Source of the DNA: an uncultured virus (IMG/VR IMGVR_UViG_3300002097_000869)
Lineage: Duplodnaviria > Heunggongvirae > Uroviricota > Caudoviricetes
IMG/VR virus record: IMGVR_UViG_3300002097_000869
Span: 62,001-126,000 of that record
DNA: 64,000 nt
Reading direction: 5' to 3' (one strand)
This document shows positions 8,796-18,733 of this stretch, one piece after another; positions within the stretch are counted from its first letter, which is position 1; every line of letters starts with the position of its first letter. The notes under the pieces are model-generated. The model did not search any database, was not told the origin of the DNA, and saw nothing but the letters and a program-made list of their open reading frames with translations. Made by a program: the position numbers and the translations under genes.

Positions 8796-10661
8796 ATGAA
8801 CAAAGAAGAGCTTGAACAATATAGAGCAGAAAAAGGTTTTGCTCTACCGTACAAACCCAACTATATATTTATAGATACAGAAGAAGAAGCATTAAAAGCA
8901 CTAGAACACCTAAAAACATTTGAAGTATTATCTGTAGATACAGAAACTACAGGTTTATCTCCGTATAATTCAAAACTACTTCTTATACAAATAGCTACAC
9001 CAGAACTATGCTATATTTTAAACTGTACTAAGGTTGATCCTAAAGTATGGTCTCCTATTTTTACTGACCTTAATATATTAAAAATCCTACAAAACGCTAA
9101 ATTCGACTATAAGTTTATAAAGGTATTTTGTGGTGTCTCAATGAGGCCGCTATTCGATACTTTTATTGCTGAGGCTTTAATAACTGCTGGTACAAAACAA
9201 CCGTTAAAATTAAACTTTATTGCTCTAAAATATTTAGGTATAGAAATAAATAAAGGCGTTAGAACGTCATTTATTGGACAATATAAGACTGATTTTTCTT
9301 TGATTGAAAAGTTGTATGCAGCGAATGATGCTTTGATATTGCATAATATCTATAATGATCAAGTTGACATTTTAGAGCGTGATGGCTTATTAAATATAGC
9401 AATGTTAGAATTTAAGACTATAGTTCCTATAGCTGAGATGGAACTTATTGGCAGTAGAGTAGATTCTAATAAATGGCGTTTGTTGGTGGAGGTTGCCAGA
9501 AAACATATGGGGGAATCGGAGATCAAAGTAAAAGATATTTTGGATCCTGTTTCTTCGCAACGAGATTTATTTGGTGGTTGCTCTATAAATCTTGGTAGCC
9601 CTGCTCAGTTATTGGCCCATTTAACAAGGTTGGGAATAAAGGTCCCTGGCCGTCAAGGGGTTTTGGAACCGATACAAAATACACAGGAAGAAACGCTTAA
9701 ACAAATCGCCCATCCAATAGGACCTGCTTTAATAGAGTATCGGGGGTGGGAGAAAATATGTAACGCTTATGGGGAAAAATTCTTAGAAAAGATAGATGCC
9801 AAAACAGGAAGGCTATATGCAGAGTTAAGTCAAATGGGCGCGGGGACAGGAAGGACGGCTTCTAAAAACCCCAATCTGCAACAAGTTCCAGGGTTTAATC
9901 CCGAAGATGAGACTACTTTGGATTTTAGGTCCTGTTTTATAGCTTCTCCGGGGTACAAACTTGTTGTTGGTGACTACCCACAACAGGAATTACGTATTTT
10001 AGCGGAGTTGTCTAAAGATGAAAAGTTTGCTAAGGCGTTTACTTTAGGGGTTGATCTACACACACGGACAGCCATTGACATTTGGGGTGGAACAGAGGAG
10101 GAGGTTAAGCAAAACGGAAATAGAAAAAAGGCAAAATCTATTAATTTTTTAATTTCATACGGCGGTCAAGCGTATACGTTAGCAAAAAGATTGGGTATGG
10201 ACGAAGATGAGGCCCAGAAAATTTTAAATGCCTATTTTTCTACGTATCCTAGAGTTAAAAAATATATAGAAGAGTATGGGGAAAAGGCTATTAGCAATGG
10301 GTATAGTGTTACTTTGGGTGGTAGAAGACGCTATTATGATTTTCCTACTACTGATGATGAGAAATATGATAGTAAGATGAGAGCGATAAGAAGAAAGGGA
10401 GCTAATCATTGCATCCAAGGTACCGCCGCTGATATCGGGAAACAAGCAATTTGCCATTTCTTTTATGAATTAGAAAAGTTAAATCTAGATGCTCATATCT
10501 CGATGTTCATCCATGATGAGATAGTTTGTGAAGCGAAGGTTGAACATGCTACTATGGTAGCCAAACTATTGGAGGAATGCATGGTACGAGCCTTTAAAGA
10601 TTTCTGTAAAAAGATATCAATAACTGTAGAAGCATGTATCGATGATACATGGAGACACTAG
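8796..10661 (+). CDS. polA: Family A DNA polymerase with 3'-5' exonuclease, no 5' nuclease domain
   Basis: DTETTG, QNAKFD, YAAND, TGRTASKNPNLQQVP, motif A DYPQQELR, motif B KAKSINFLISYG, motif C HDE. Confidence 0.95.
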   Translation: MNKEELEQYRAEKGFALPYKPNYIFIDTEEEALKALEHLKTFEVLSVDTETTGLSPYNSKLLLIQIATPELCYILNCTKVDPKVWSPIFTDLNILKILQNAKFDYKFIKVFCGVSMRPLFDTFIAEALITAGTKQPLKLNFIALKYLGIEINKGVRTSFIGQYKTDFSLIEKLYAANDALILHNIYNDQVDILERDGLLNIAMLEFKTIVPIAEMELIGSRVDSNKWRLLVEVARKHMGESEIKVKDILDPVSSQRDLFGGCSINLGSPAQLLAHLTRLGIKVPGRQGVLEPIQNTQEETLKQIAHPIGPALIEYRGWEKICNAYGEKFLEKIDAKTGRLYAELSQMGAGTGRTASKNPNLQQVPGFNPEDETTLDFRSCFIASPGYKLVVGDYPQQELRILAELSKDEKFAKAFTLGVDLHTRTAIDIWGGTEEEVKQNGNRKKAKSINFLISYGGQAYTLAKRLGMDEDEAQKILNAYFSTYPRVKKYIEEYGEKAISNGYSVTLGGRRRYYDFPTTDDEKYDSKMRAIRRKGANHCIQGTAADIGKQAICHFFYELEKLNLDAHISMFIHDEIVCEAKVEHATMVAKLLEECMVRAFKDFCKKISITVEACIDDTWRH

Positions 10662-11268
10662 GTTAATAATGTCATCAAGTTATAGTAGTTTGGTAAAGGA
10701 CATACAAATAGGAAAAATTGAGGGTGAGGACCCCGTGTCTGATTTTATAAGGAGTGAGTTTGGTATAGATACCATAGTGGCAGGGCATGCCAATAAGGCG
10801 TGGGACCTTGAAGTCGTCGGGGTGTATGCCCCTTATGTAGAGGAGAAGCGTATACGTAATAAGGACAGGCTTATAAAAAAGTTTGAGTCAAAATTTGGCC
10901 ATACTTTTGAGATTAAACGGGACATGGTTTCTGACAGGACAGGTAATTTTTTCTTTGAGGTATTTTCCAATATCCGGGTTAACAATCCAGGGTGTATTGC
11001 GGCTTCTAAGGCTGACATGTTAGTTATTGTTACTAGGAAAGAGTTTATATTTATAAATAGGGGTTTATTTTTAAGTTGGATTATATCTAATCTTTATTAT
11101 GATAATGAATTTTCCCGCGGTTGGAAAATGAGAACTTGTAAGAAAGTAAAAGAAGTCGAACTAAAAAGTTCGCTCATATCACCACAGGTGCGGGGAATAT
11201 TAATTCCGCTGGACGATATAAAGAAAGAAGCTAGTGTTGGTGTGTTTAAAAGGGGCGTTATTGTTTAG
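10642..11268 (+). CDS. Putative PD-(D/E)XK nuclease-like phage protein
   Basis: WDL..FEIKRD..TGNFFFE..KAD pattern; the start may be 10669. Confidence 0.5.
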   Translation: MIHGDTRLIMSSSYSSLVKDIQIGKIEGEDPVSDFIRSEFGIDTIVAGHANKAWDLEVVGVYAPYVEEKRIRNKDRLIKKFESKFGHTFEIKRDMVSDRTGNFFFEVFSNIRVNNPGCIAASKADMLVIVTRKEFIFINRGLFLSWIISNLYYDNEFSRGWKMRTCKKVKEVELKSSLISPQVRGILIPLDDIKKEASVGVFKRGVIV

Positions 11269-12153
11269 ATGAGTAGAAAGCGTAATACATTAGAGGAAGT
11301 GAGAAAGGTTTTCGAGTCTAGAAGGTATGAGTTACGAAGTGAGGACTATAAAAATAATAGCACAAAGTTAGACTATAGGTGTCCAAAAGGTCACCTAGGG
11401 TCGATGATTTATGGTAGTTTTTATCAAGGAACGAGCTGTCCTATTTGTAACATAGAGAACCAAAGGCTCCTTTACAAAGAGGTTGAGAGAGCTTTTGATG
11501 CCAGGGGTTATACACTACTTAGTAGGGAGTATAAAAACAACAGTACTAAGTTAGACTATACGTGCCCAAAAGGTCACCTAGGGTCGATGACCTATGGTAA
11601 CTTTTATCAAGGAAGGGGCTGTCCTATGTGTAACATAGAGAATCAAAGGCTCCTTTATGAGGAGGTTGAGAGAGTTTTTGGTGCCAGGGGGTATACATTA
11701 CTTAGTAAAAAGTATGTGAATGCCCATGCAAAGTTAGATTATAAGTGTCCAAAAGGTCATTTGGGGTTTATGACTTATAGTCAGTTTCAACAGGGTAATG
11801 ATTGTCCTATTTGTTCAGAGACTTCCTCTGTTTCTAAAGTGTCACAAAAATGGTTGGATTGTTTAGGTCTGGCTAAGGAAATGGGAATTAGCAGAGAGGC
11901 TAATTTGCAAATAGGGGACCATCGTTTCAAGGTAGATGGTTTCGATTCTAAAACAAGCACTGTTTATGAGTTTCTTGGAGATTACTGGCACGGGAATCCA
12001 GAAAAGTTTAAGCCACAAGAGTTGAATAAAAGGGCGGGTAGAACCTTTGGCCAGCTTTATCAAGAAACCCTTGAACGTATTAAGATTTTAGAAGAAGCAG
12101 GTTATAAAGTAATTTATATTTGGGAACAGGATTTCTTAAATTCTATAAAATAA
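11269..12153 (+). CDS. Vsr/EDxHD-like homing-type endonuclease with 3 tandem 61-aa Cys/His repeats
   Basis: Three CPKGH..CPxC units 183 nt apart; C-terminal KVDGFD..YEFLGDYWHGNP..IWE. Confidence 0.8.
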   Translation: MSRKRNTLEEVRKVFESRRYELRSEDYKNNSTKLDYRCPKGHLGSMIYGSFYQGTSCPICNIENQRLLYKEVERAFDARGYTLLSREYKNNSTKLDYTCPKGHLGSMTYGNFYQGRGCPMCNIENQRLLYEEVERVFGARGYTLLSKKYVNAHAKLDYKCPKGHLGFMTYSQFQQGNDCPICSETSSVSKVSQKWLDCLGLAKEMGISREANLQIGDHRFKVDGFDSKTSTVYEFLGDYWHGNPEKFKPQELNKRAGRTFGQLYQETLERIKILEEAGYKVIYIWEQDFLNSIK

Positions 12154-12167
12154 CATTTAACAATTTG

Positions 12168-12198
12168 TAGCCCTATTTGTGTTTTTTGGGCTATTTTT
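12168..12198 (+). terminator. Possible intrinsic terminator
   Basis: TAGCCC-N14-GGGCTA followed by TTTTT. Confidence 0.45.
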
Positions 12199-12223
12199 CT
12201 TTTGATTTTGGAGATGTATAAAT

Positions 12224-14509
12224 ATGGTAATAAGTCGTTTGTGTGACAATTCTGAAGCCATTCTTCGGGCTCGTTATTATCTTAACGAGAATGAGGACTG
12301 GCCGGTTCTCTGTCACAGGGTTACTGACAGTGTAATTCCTATTTCTTGCAGTAGGTATGATTATACCGAAGAAGAAGTAAGGGAATTAACAAGAAGGATG
12401 TTTGAGCATATAAATAATCTTGAGTTTTTGCCAAATTCTCCTACTATGTTTAATGCTGGAACTGAGTATCCTATGCTAAGCGCGTGTTTCGTAATAGACG
12501 TTCCAGACAATCTGCCCGGTATCTATGAGTCTGTTAAAGAGTCAGCCATGATTCATAAAATGGGTGGGGGTGTTGGTTTTTCTTTAAGTAAGCTAAGATG
12601 TCGAGGGTCAAAAATTGCTACTACACACGGTAATAGCGGTGGAGCGGTTTCTTTTCTGAAGGTATTCGCAAATGGCACTGCTGAAATAACGGCGGCGGGT
12701 AAGCGTAAAGGGGCCAACATGGCCATGCTTAGAATAGACCATGCAGATATTGAAGAATTTATAAATTGTAAGTCTGTAGAGGGGGAGTTGGCTAATTTTA
12801 ATATTTCACTACAATTTACTGACTCTTTTTTATCCGCCTGCTTAAATGACACTGAAATTAGTTTGATCGATCCAAAGGATGGGTCGGTAGTGAGAGTTGT
12901 GCAAGCTAGGAGTTTGATGAGAAAGGCAGCAGAAGGGGCGTGGAATAATGGCGAGCCTGGGGCATGTTATATAGATGCAGTAAACAGGGATAACCCCACA
13001 CCGCACCTGGGGGAAATAAACTCATCAAACCCTTGTGGGGAGTACTATTCTTCTCCATCTTATAATTCGTGTACATTAGGATCTATAAATCTAACAAGGT
13101 ATGTTATGGTTAAAAATATCGAAAGTTCGATTGTTTTTGATTGGGAAAAATTCCGTAAAGATATTTTTGATTATGTTTTTTATTTAGATTGTATCATAGA
13201 TGCAAATAGTTTTCCTTTAGAGAAAATAAAAGAAGTAACTTGCAAAACCAGACCTATAGGTTTGGGTGTTATGGGTTTTGCGGACATTCTTATTATGATG
13301 GGTATTAAATATAATTCTGAGGAAGGTCTTTCTTTTGCTCGCGAACTTTCTGAGAATCTTAGCTACTATTCATTAGTAGCTAGTAAAGAGTTAGCTAAGA
13401 AAAGAGGCCATTACGCAGAATTTAGGGTAGAAAATCATGGGTATGAAAAGGCTAGGGGCTTAGGTGTTCTGGATTGGGAAGCCTTGGTTAAAGAAATAAA
13501 AATACATGGACTTAGAAATTCGCATACTGTGGTAATAGCCCCAACTGGTACTATTGCCAGGATTGCTAATGAGTGTTCTTTTGGGATAGAGCCCATATTT
13601 TCAAAGAGTTTTGAAAGTAATATATTAGATGGAGCTAAGCAAGAAACCAAGAATGGTTTGTACCAAAAGTTTTTAGATGGTGAGTTAAAGGTAGGTGAGG
13701 ACGTCTTTGTTTGTGCTAAGGATATTTCTTGGCAAGACCATATCAAAATGCAGGCTGAGTGGCAAAAGTTCGTACACAATGGTATAAGTAAGACCATAGG
13801 AATGCCTAATAGTGCTACTACCCAGGACGTGTACGCTGCATATATGATGGCGTATGAACTGGGCCTAAAGGGTATCACGGTGTATAGGGAGGGGAGTAGA
13901 AAACAAGAGGTTCTTGTTGAGAAGTCAAAGAAAGAAGAGTGGCATGGGGTGGGTGATACGTTTGAGCATGCTTCCCCTATAAAACGACCTTTAGAGCTAG
14001 AATGCGACATACATCATACACAGGTTGGTGGAGAAAAGTGGGTAGTTCTTGTAGGGCTCTTAGATGGCAAGCCATATGAAATTTTTGGCGGGCTACAAAA
14101 ATTCATAGAATTACCTAGGAAATATACTAAGGGCCTGATAGTAAAGAAACCAAACAAAAAAAGTAGAAGTAAGTATGATTTAATCCTAGATAAAGGAACC
14201 CCTGATGAATTAGTTGTTAAAGATATAGTATCTGTATTTGAAAATAAAGAACATGGTGTTGTTGGTAGGTTGATTAGTTTATCTTTGCGTCATCAGGCTC
14301 GCCCAAGTTTTCTTTGTGAGCAGTTAATAAAAGATGACGATTTCGATTTTCAAACGTACAGTAAAGTTATAGCACGTATTTTGAAGAGGTATATAGTAGA
14401 TGGTGAAAACCCTGAAAGTTCAAAAGTTTGCCCTGAGTGTGGCGGGGAGCTTTATTATATGGAGGGGTGTGTTTTATGCCATTCGTGTGCATGGTCGAAG
14501 TGCTCATAA
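12224..14509 (+). CDS. nrdJ: Class II (adenosylcobalamin-dependent) ribonucleotide reductase with C-terminal Zn ribbon
   Basis: FLPNSPTMFNAG, LSACFV, GGGVG, SNPCGE, SCTLGSINL, RPIGLGVMG, IAPTGT, ISKT, KGITVYREGS, terminal CPEC..CHSCAWSKC; no nrdB nearby. Confidence 0.93.
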   Translation: MVISRLCDNSEAILRARYYLNENEDWPVLCHRVTDSVIPISCSRYDYTEEEVRELTRRMFEHINNLEFLPNSPTMFNAGTEYPMLSACFVIDVPDNLPGIYESVKESAMIHKMGGGVGFSLSKLRCRGSKIATTHGNSGGAVSFLKVFANGTAEITAAGKRKGANMAMLRIDHADIEEFINCKSVEGELANFNISLQFTDSFLSACLNDTEISLIDPKDGSVVRVVQARSLMRKAAEGAWNNGEPGACYIDAVNRDNPTPHLGEINSSNPCGEYYSSPSYNSCTLGSINLTRYVMVKNIESSIVFDWEKFRKDIFDYVFYLDCIIDANSFPLEKIKEVTCKTRPIGLGVMGFADILIMMGIKYNSEEGLSFARELSENLSYYSLVASKELAKKRGHYAEFRVENHGYEKARGLGVLDWEALVKEIKIHGLRNSHTVVIAPTGTIARIANECSFGIEPIFSKSFESNILDGAKQETKNGLYQKFLDGELKVGEDVFVCAKDISWQDHIKMQAEWQKFVHNGISKTIGMPNSATTQDVYAAYMMAYELGLKGITVYREGSRKQEVLVEKSKKEEWHGVGDTFEHASPIKRPLELECDIHHTQVGGEKWVVLVGLLDGKPYEIFGGLQKFIELPRKYTKGLIVKKPNKKSRSKYDLILDKGTPDELVVKDIVSVFENKEHGVVGRLISLSLRHQARPSFLCEQLIKDDDFDFQTYSKVIARILKRYIVDGENPESSKVCPECGGELYYMEGCVLCHSCAWSKCS

Positions 14510-14510
14510 T

Positions 14511-14603
14511 GTTTATGAAACTTTTAAACGTTTTGACCTTATAAAAGAGGCCGGTTATAATTTGGTGTATATTTGGGAATATGACTTTTTAAACTTACTA
14601 TAA
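14511..14603 (+). pseudogene. C-terminal remnant of a Vsr-like homing endonuclease
   Basis: VYETFKRFDLIKEAGYNLVYIWEYDFLNLL* matches the tail of 11269-12153 (YQETLERIKILEEAGYKVIYIWEQDFLN); no start of its own. Confidence 0.7.
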
Positions 14604-14611
14604 TTTTTTCC

Positions 14612-14640
14612 TTGTCATTTTTCTCATGTTTTTCTATTAT
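14612..14640 (+). promoter_or_regulatory. sigma70-like promoter
   Basis: TTGTCA-17 nt-TATTAT in intergenic DNA. Confidence 0.7.
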
Positions 14641-14666
14641 TAGTAGTAAGAAAGGAAAGGTGATTC

Positions 14667-14963
14667 ATGTCGTCAGTTAAATGCAAGCTTTGTTCTAAGT
14701 ATGAGGCTGGTTATTGTTCTGTGAAAAACCAGGGAGGGAAGCCCCAACACGTACTTCCTAATAAGGACAGGCAGTGTAGTAAGTTTATGGTAAATGCAGA
14801 AGCTTTTGCTCACGAAGCAGACAAGATTTATGAGAAGAGCCAGATTCCCCTTTTCGCTCCCACCTGGAGATATTGGGCGGATAAAAAAGAATTGAAAGAG
14901 ACAGGGGAGGAAAAGGGACCTAAATTTATTCAAATCAATCCAGGGGTAAACAAACATGTATAA
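14667..14963 (+). CDS. Small Cys-containing hypothetical protein
   Basis: CKLC..C..C; RBS AGGTGA. Confidence 0.6.
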   Translation: MSSVKCKLCSKYEAGYCSVKNQGGKPQHVLPNKDRQCSKFMVNAEAFAHEADKIYEKSQIPLFAPTWRYWADKKELKETGEEKGPKFIQINPGVNKHV

Positions 14964-15141
14964 AGTTATATATCAAGACAACCAAACTGGTTCTTGTCTT
15001 TTTTGTCATGGGACTGGTCTTTTAGTAATAAAGAATGCTTATGATCCTAATTTAGAAGAGTATATTACATGTGATTATTGTAGGGGAACTGGTTTGGTAA
15101 ATGGGTCTGGTAATTTTTTTGGCGCCGGCCAAAAAAATTAA
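14956..15141 (+). CDS. Small protein with DnaJ-type CxxCxGxG zinc-finger motifs
   Basis: CLFCHGTG and CDYCRGTG. Confidence 0.65.
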   Translation: MYKVIYQDNQTGSCLFCHGTGLLVIKNAYDPNLEEYITCDYCRGTGLVNGSGNFFGAGQKN

Positions 15142-15171
15142 GACCATTTTAGGGAGGGTGGATAAATCTTG

Positions 15172-15822
15172 ATGTTTGATATAGAAGAAACACTACGGGA
15201 TTCAGGAATTAATTTAATCTTAGGTGTGGATGAGGTAGGTAGGGGTGCTTTAATATCTGATGTTGTTGTTTCATGTGTAATTTTGCCGGCGGGCCATAAA
15301 ATAGAAGGTATAAAAGACTCAAAAAAATTTACAGGTCCTAAAGCGCATGAAAATAGAATAAAGATATCAAAATTAATACATGAAAGAGCTTTGGAAGTTC
15401 ATATAATTTCTGCACCAGCAGAAGTTATAGATAAAATAAATATATTAGAAGCAACAAAACTGTGTATAATAACAGCTATATCAAAATGTAAAATAAAACC
15501 AGGTATGGTTATAATAGATGGTGATATGGAATTTGAAGATGGTGAAATTATGTATCCATATATGTGTGTAGAAAAGGCGGACTCTAGGAGTGAAAACGTA
15601 GCGGCTGCCTCTATTGTAGCTAAGGTACACAGAGATAATCATATGTTATTGTTGGATAAAGTTTATCCACAATATGGTTTAGCACAGCACAAAGGCTATG
15701 GAACAAAAGAGCATATGGAGGCCATATTAAAATATGGTCCTTGTGAACTTCATAGGAAGTCTTTTAGTGTAAAAGGAAGAAAAATAGGGAGTATTAAACC
15801 TAGTAAGCAGCCCCACGCCTAA
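15172..15822 (+). CDS. rnhB: Ribonuclease HII
   Basis: GVDEVGRG, IKDSKK, IIDG, KAD..VAAASIVAKVHRD, HKGYGT, HRKSF; the last codons read into the IscB left end. Confidence 0.95.
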   Translation: MFDIEETLRDSGINLILGVDEVGRGALISDVVVSCVILPAGHKIEGIKDSKKFTGPKAHENRIKISKLIHERALEVHIISAPAEVIDKINILEATKLCIITAISKCKIKPGMVIIDGDMEFEDGEIMYPYMCVEKADSRSENVAAASIVAKVHRDNHMLLLDKVYPQYGLAQHKGYGTKEHMEAILKYGPCELHRKSFSVKGRKIGSIKPSKQPHA

Positions 15823-16050
15823 AGGTGGGGGCTTTTAGGAGCCCTTACTTACTAGGGAGCGATCCCAGAAAGGAGTCGTTAATCGTTGAGTAGAAGAGAT
15901 ACATACACACCTACGAATGCTCCTCAAGTTCATAGCAACTGTGGCGCTGAATTAAAAACCCCTAGGGGTAGGGGTGGTGTTCAGCGTTTAAAAACTCTAC
16001 CCAACAATCCCGATGAGGACCTAACCCGTGGACAGGGGGTACATTTAACA
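15803..16050 (+). ncRNA. omegaRNA scaffold of IscB copy 2
   Basis: Near-identical to 73-300, with compensatory-looking changes (CCTACGAATG..GTTCATAG versus CCTACGGATG..GTTCGTAG); 3' end approximate. Confidence 0.8.
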
Positions 16051-17288
16051 TTAGTGTACGTACTGAACAATCGTGGTGAGCCGTTGATGCCTTGTAGTCC
16101 AAAGAAAGCCAAAGCATTGCTAAAGGAGGGAAAAGCCAAGGTAAGGACTAGAACACCTTTTACGATACAATTGCTTTATGGTAGCTCAGGTTACAAACAA
16201 CCTATTAGGTTGGGAGTAGACAGTGGTTTTAAGCACGTAGGACTATCTGCTGTTTCTGACAAGCAGGAACTTTACTCTGTTGAAGTCCAGCTTAGAATCG
16301 ACATAGTGAATTTATTATCGGAACGTAGGTCTTATAGGAGAAATCGTAGAAATAGAAAGACTCGCTATCGTCAAGCTCGTTTCCTTAATCGAGGAATAAA
16401 AAAAGGCTGGCTAGCCCCCAGTATTCAACACAAACTAGATAGCCATGTTAGGTTAGTAAACAAGGTTAAGCAAATCTTACCCGTTATTGAGGTGGTGGTA
16501 GAGGTAGCCTTGTTTGATATTCAGAAGATAAAGAATCCAGAGACGGGTGGTAAACAGTACCAAGAAGGGGAACAAAAGGGTTTTTGGAACACCAGAGAAT
16601 ACATACTCCACAGGGACAACCACAAGTGTTGCCACTGTAAGGGTAAATCAAACGACACTGTTCTTAATGTTCACCATTTGGAGTCTAGAAAAATTGGTGG
16701 CGATAGACCGGAGAATTTAATAACACTTTGTAAGACGTGTCATGATACTTATCATAATGGAGGGATTAAATTGAAAGCAAAGCCTTCTAAAGGGTTCAAA
16801 GCTGAAACTTTTATGACAATGGTACGATGGCGTTTAGTAGAACAATTGAGCTGCAGCTACACTTATGGTTACGTTACCAAGCATAATAGAACCTTGATAG
16901 GACTACCCAAGAGTCACGCAAACGATGCATTTGTAATCGCGAGCAAAATAGACCGACCTAGATGTCAGTCTTATCAGATCAAACAAGTTAGGAAGCAAAA
17001 TCGTAAGCTGTTCAAAGGACCACATAGTGGAGTAAGAAACACAGCCGCTAGATATATTCAAGGTTTTCAACGGTACGATAAAGTAAAGTGGAAATCTCAG
17101 GAGTGTTTTGTGTTTGGGCGAAGGACTAGGGGTACTTTTGATCTAAGGCTACTAGATAGGACTAAACTTTGTGGTGATGCTAAAGCTAAAGACTGTGTTA
17201 GGCTAGAAAGCGGTAGAACGTTCTTAACTCAAAGGAGCAGCGTTTCTTCCCCGGGGCTAAAGCTCGGGGTACCCGCGCTGAAGATTTG
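15803..17288 (+). mobile_element. IscB (OMEGA) element, copy 2; no tnpA
   Basis: Left end GTAAGCAGCCCCACGCCTAAAGGTGGGGGCTTT; right end CTTCCCCGGGGCTAAAGCTCGGGGTACCCGCGCTGAAGATTTG. Confidence 0.9.
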
Positions 17289-17289
17289 A
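16054..17289 (+). CDS. iscB: IscB RNA-guided endonuclease, copy 2
   Basis: VYVLNNRGEPLMPC, LGVDSG, RRSYRRNRR, VVVEV, VHHLES..NLITLCKTCH, SHANDA; start codon uncertain (GTG 16054 chosen). Confidence 0.92.
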   Translation: MYVLNNRGEPLMPCSPKKAKALLKEGKAKVRTRTPFTIQLLYGSSGYKQPIRLGVDSGFKHVGLSAVSDKQELYSVEVQLRIDIVNLLSERRSYRRNRRNRKTRYRQARFLNRGIKKGWLAPSIQHKLDSHVRLVNKVKQILPVIEVVVEVALFDIQKIKNPETGGKQYQEGEQKGFWNTREYILHRDNHKCCHCKGKSNDTVLNVHHLESRKIGGDRPENLITLCKTCHDTYHNGGIKLKAKPSKGFKAETFMTMVRWRLVEQLSCSYTYGYVTKHNRTLIGLPKSHANDAFVIASKIDRPRCQSYQIKQVRKQNRKLFKGPHSGVRNTAARYIQGFQRYDKVKWKSQECFVFGRRTRGTFDLRLLDRTKLCGDAKAKDCVRLESGRTFLTQRSSVSSPGLKLGVPALKI

Positions 17290-18344
17290 TGGCTAGTTTT
17301 GATTTAGATAAAGAATATTTAAGTCTTGATGATGTTCTTTTGGTACCTGCCTATTCAGAAATAGCAAGCAGGTTGGATACAGATATATCTACAACATTGG
17401 TTGGTAATATAAAGATAAAAATACCTGTTGTTTCAGCTGCCATGGATACAATTTCTGGGAAGGATATGGGTATCAAGTTGGGTCGTTTAGGTGGGGCCGC
17501 TTTTCTTCACAGGTTTGCTTCAGATGAAGAAATTGTGTCCATGGTAAAAGATATAAAAGAGGCAGGTCAGTTAGCTATACCTTCTATAGGAATAAGGAAG
17601 GACATAGTTCAATGGGTAGATGTATTATTGGGCGCCGGTGCTGACGTAATATCTATTGATATAGCACACGGGCACAGTAAAGAGGTTTTAACAACAATAG
17701 GTTTGTTGAAGGGCGTTTATAAAGAGGCGTGCAAAGTAGTGGCTGGTAATGTTGCCACAAAAGAGGGTGTTCATGACCTAATTGAGGCGGGTGCAGACGC
17801 TGTAAAGGTTTTTGTAGGCCCGGGGGCTGCGTGTTCTACTCGTGTAGTAACTGGTTTTGGCGTCCCTACCTTCTCATGTTTAGTAGAGTGTCTTGGTGAG
17901 GCATCTAGACACAATATTCCTATAATAGCTGATGGTGGGCTAAAAGCCCCCGGTGATTTTACTAAATGCTTGGCAGTGGGTGCTAGTGCCTGTATGTCAG
18001 GATCAATGCTCTCTGCTACGGATGAGACTCCTGGTAAGTATGTAAAGATACGGGACAAATTTTATAAAGAATACAGGGGGATGGCGTCTGAGGCTAGCCA
18101 GAAGGACTTCAAGAGGGGGTTGAAATTAGGTACTGCGTCAGAGGGTGAGGCTATGCTTTTTGAATCTAAGGGACCTGTAAAGGATGTTATAGATAGGATA
18201 ACCGGAGGCATTAGAAGCGGCCTTACCTATTGTGGGGCTAAAAACCTGCAAGAGCTTAGGGAAAAAGCCCGCTTTATAAGAATAACCCAAAGTGCGGCAG
18301 CGGAAGGTTTGCCACACGGCCTGAATAACAAGGGGGCCCTTTGA
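17289..18344 (+). CDS. IMP dehydrogenase / GMP reductase family protein without CBS domains
   Basis: DDVLLVP, SAAMDT, IDIAHGHS, AGNVAT, VGPGAACSTR (catalytic Cys), IIADGG, YRGMAS, EG. Confidence 0.9.
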   Translation: MASFDLDKEYLSLDDVLLVPAYSEIASRLDTDISTTLVGNIKIKIPVVSAAMDTISGKDMGIKLGRLGGAAFLHRFASDEEIVSMVKDIKEAGQLAIPSIGIRKDIVQWVDVLLGAGADVISIDIAHGHSKEVLTTIGLLKGVYKEACKVVAGNVATKEGVHDLIEAGADAVKVFVGPGAACSTRVVTGFGVPTFSCLVECLGEASRHNIPIIADGGLKAPGDFTKCLAVGASACMSGSMLSATDETPGKYVKIRDKFYKEYRGMASEASQKDFKRGLKLGTASEGEAMLFESKGPVKDVIDRITGGIRSGLTYCGAKNLQELREKARFIRITQSAAAEGLPHGLNNKGAL

Positions 18345-18721
18345 GTCTATTAAATGATAGATTAAACAGGCGGAAAGAAAAGATACAGTCAGAACAACTC
18401 GACAAGTTTGATGGTGTTTTGTTTTGTCATGTGACTGGGGCATCTTTTGGTAGCAGGCAGGAAATAATAAAACAAATAGGGGGGTCAACACTATTAAGAT
18501 TAGACAGAGATAGGCGTAATGAATTTGATTTTCATGCGGTTTTAGTTATGGCGTTTGTAAACGATGAATGGCAAGAAGCAGGGTTTGTGCCTTCCACAGT
18601 AAATAAATCGGTGGCTCAATCTTTGGATGCAGGGGATAGTTTAAAGGTAGGCCTGTGGAGAAAGAACGGTGGAGAGGATGGGTTTCTCTATGGTTTGTCA
18701 ATAACAATTAGCAAGGATTAG
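18341..18721 (+). CDS. HIRAN domain protein
   Basis: HVTGASF..RQ, LDRDRRNEFDFHAVLV, GFVP. Confidence 0.8.
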   Translation: MSLLNDRLNRRKEKIQSEQLDKFDGVLFCHVTGASFGSRQEIIKQIGGSTLLRLDRDRRNEFDFHAVLVMAFVNDEWQEAGFVPSTVNKSVAQSLDAGDSLKVGLWRKNGGEDGFLYGLSITISKD

Positions 18722-18733
18722 GAGATTTAGAAG

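Noticed and set aside
8796..14509. Inteins or introns in polA or nrdJ
   Set aside because: Both are continuous and of normal length, with no splice motifs
14400..14510. 67-aa ORF overlapping the end of nrdJ
   Set aside because: The first half is an alternative frame of nrdJ; only the tail is a real endonuclease remnant
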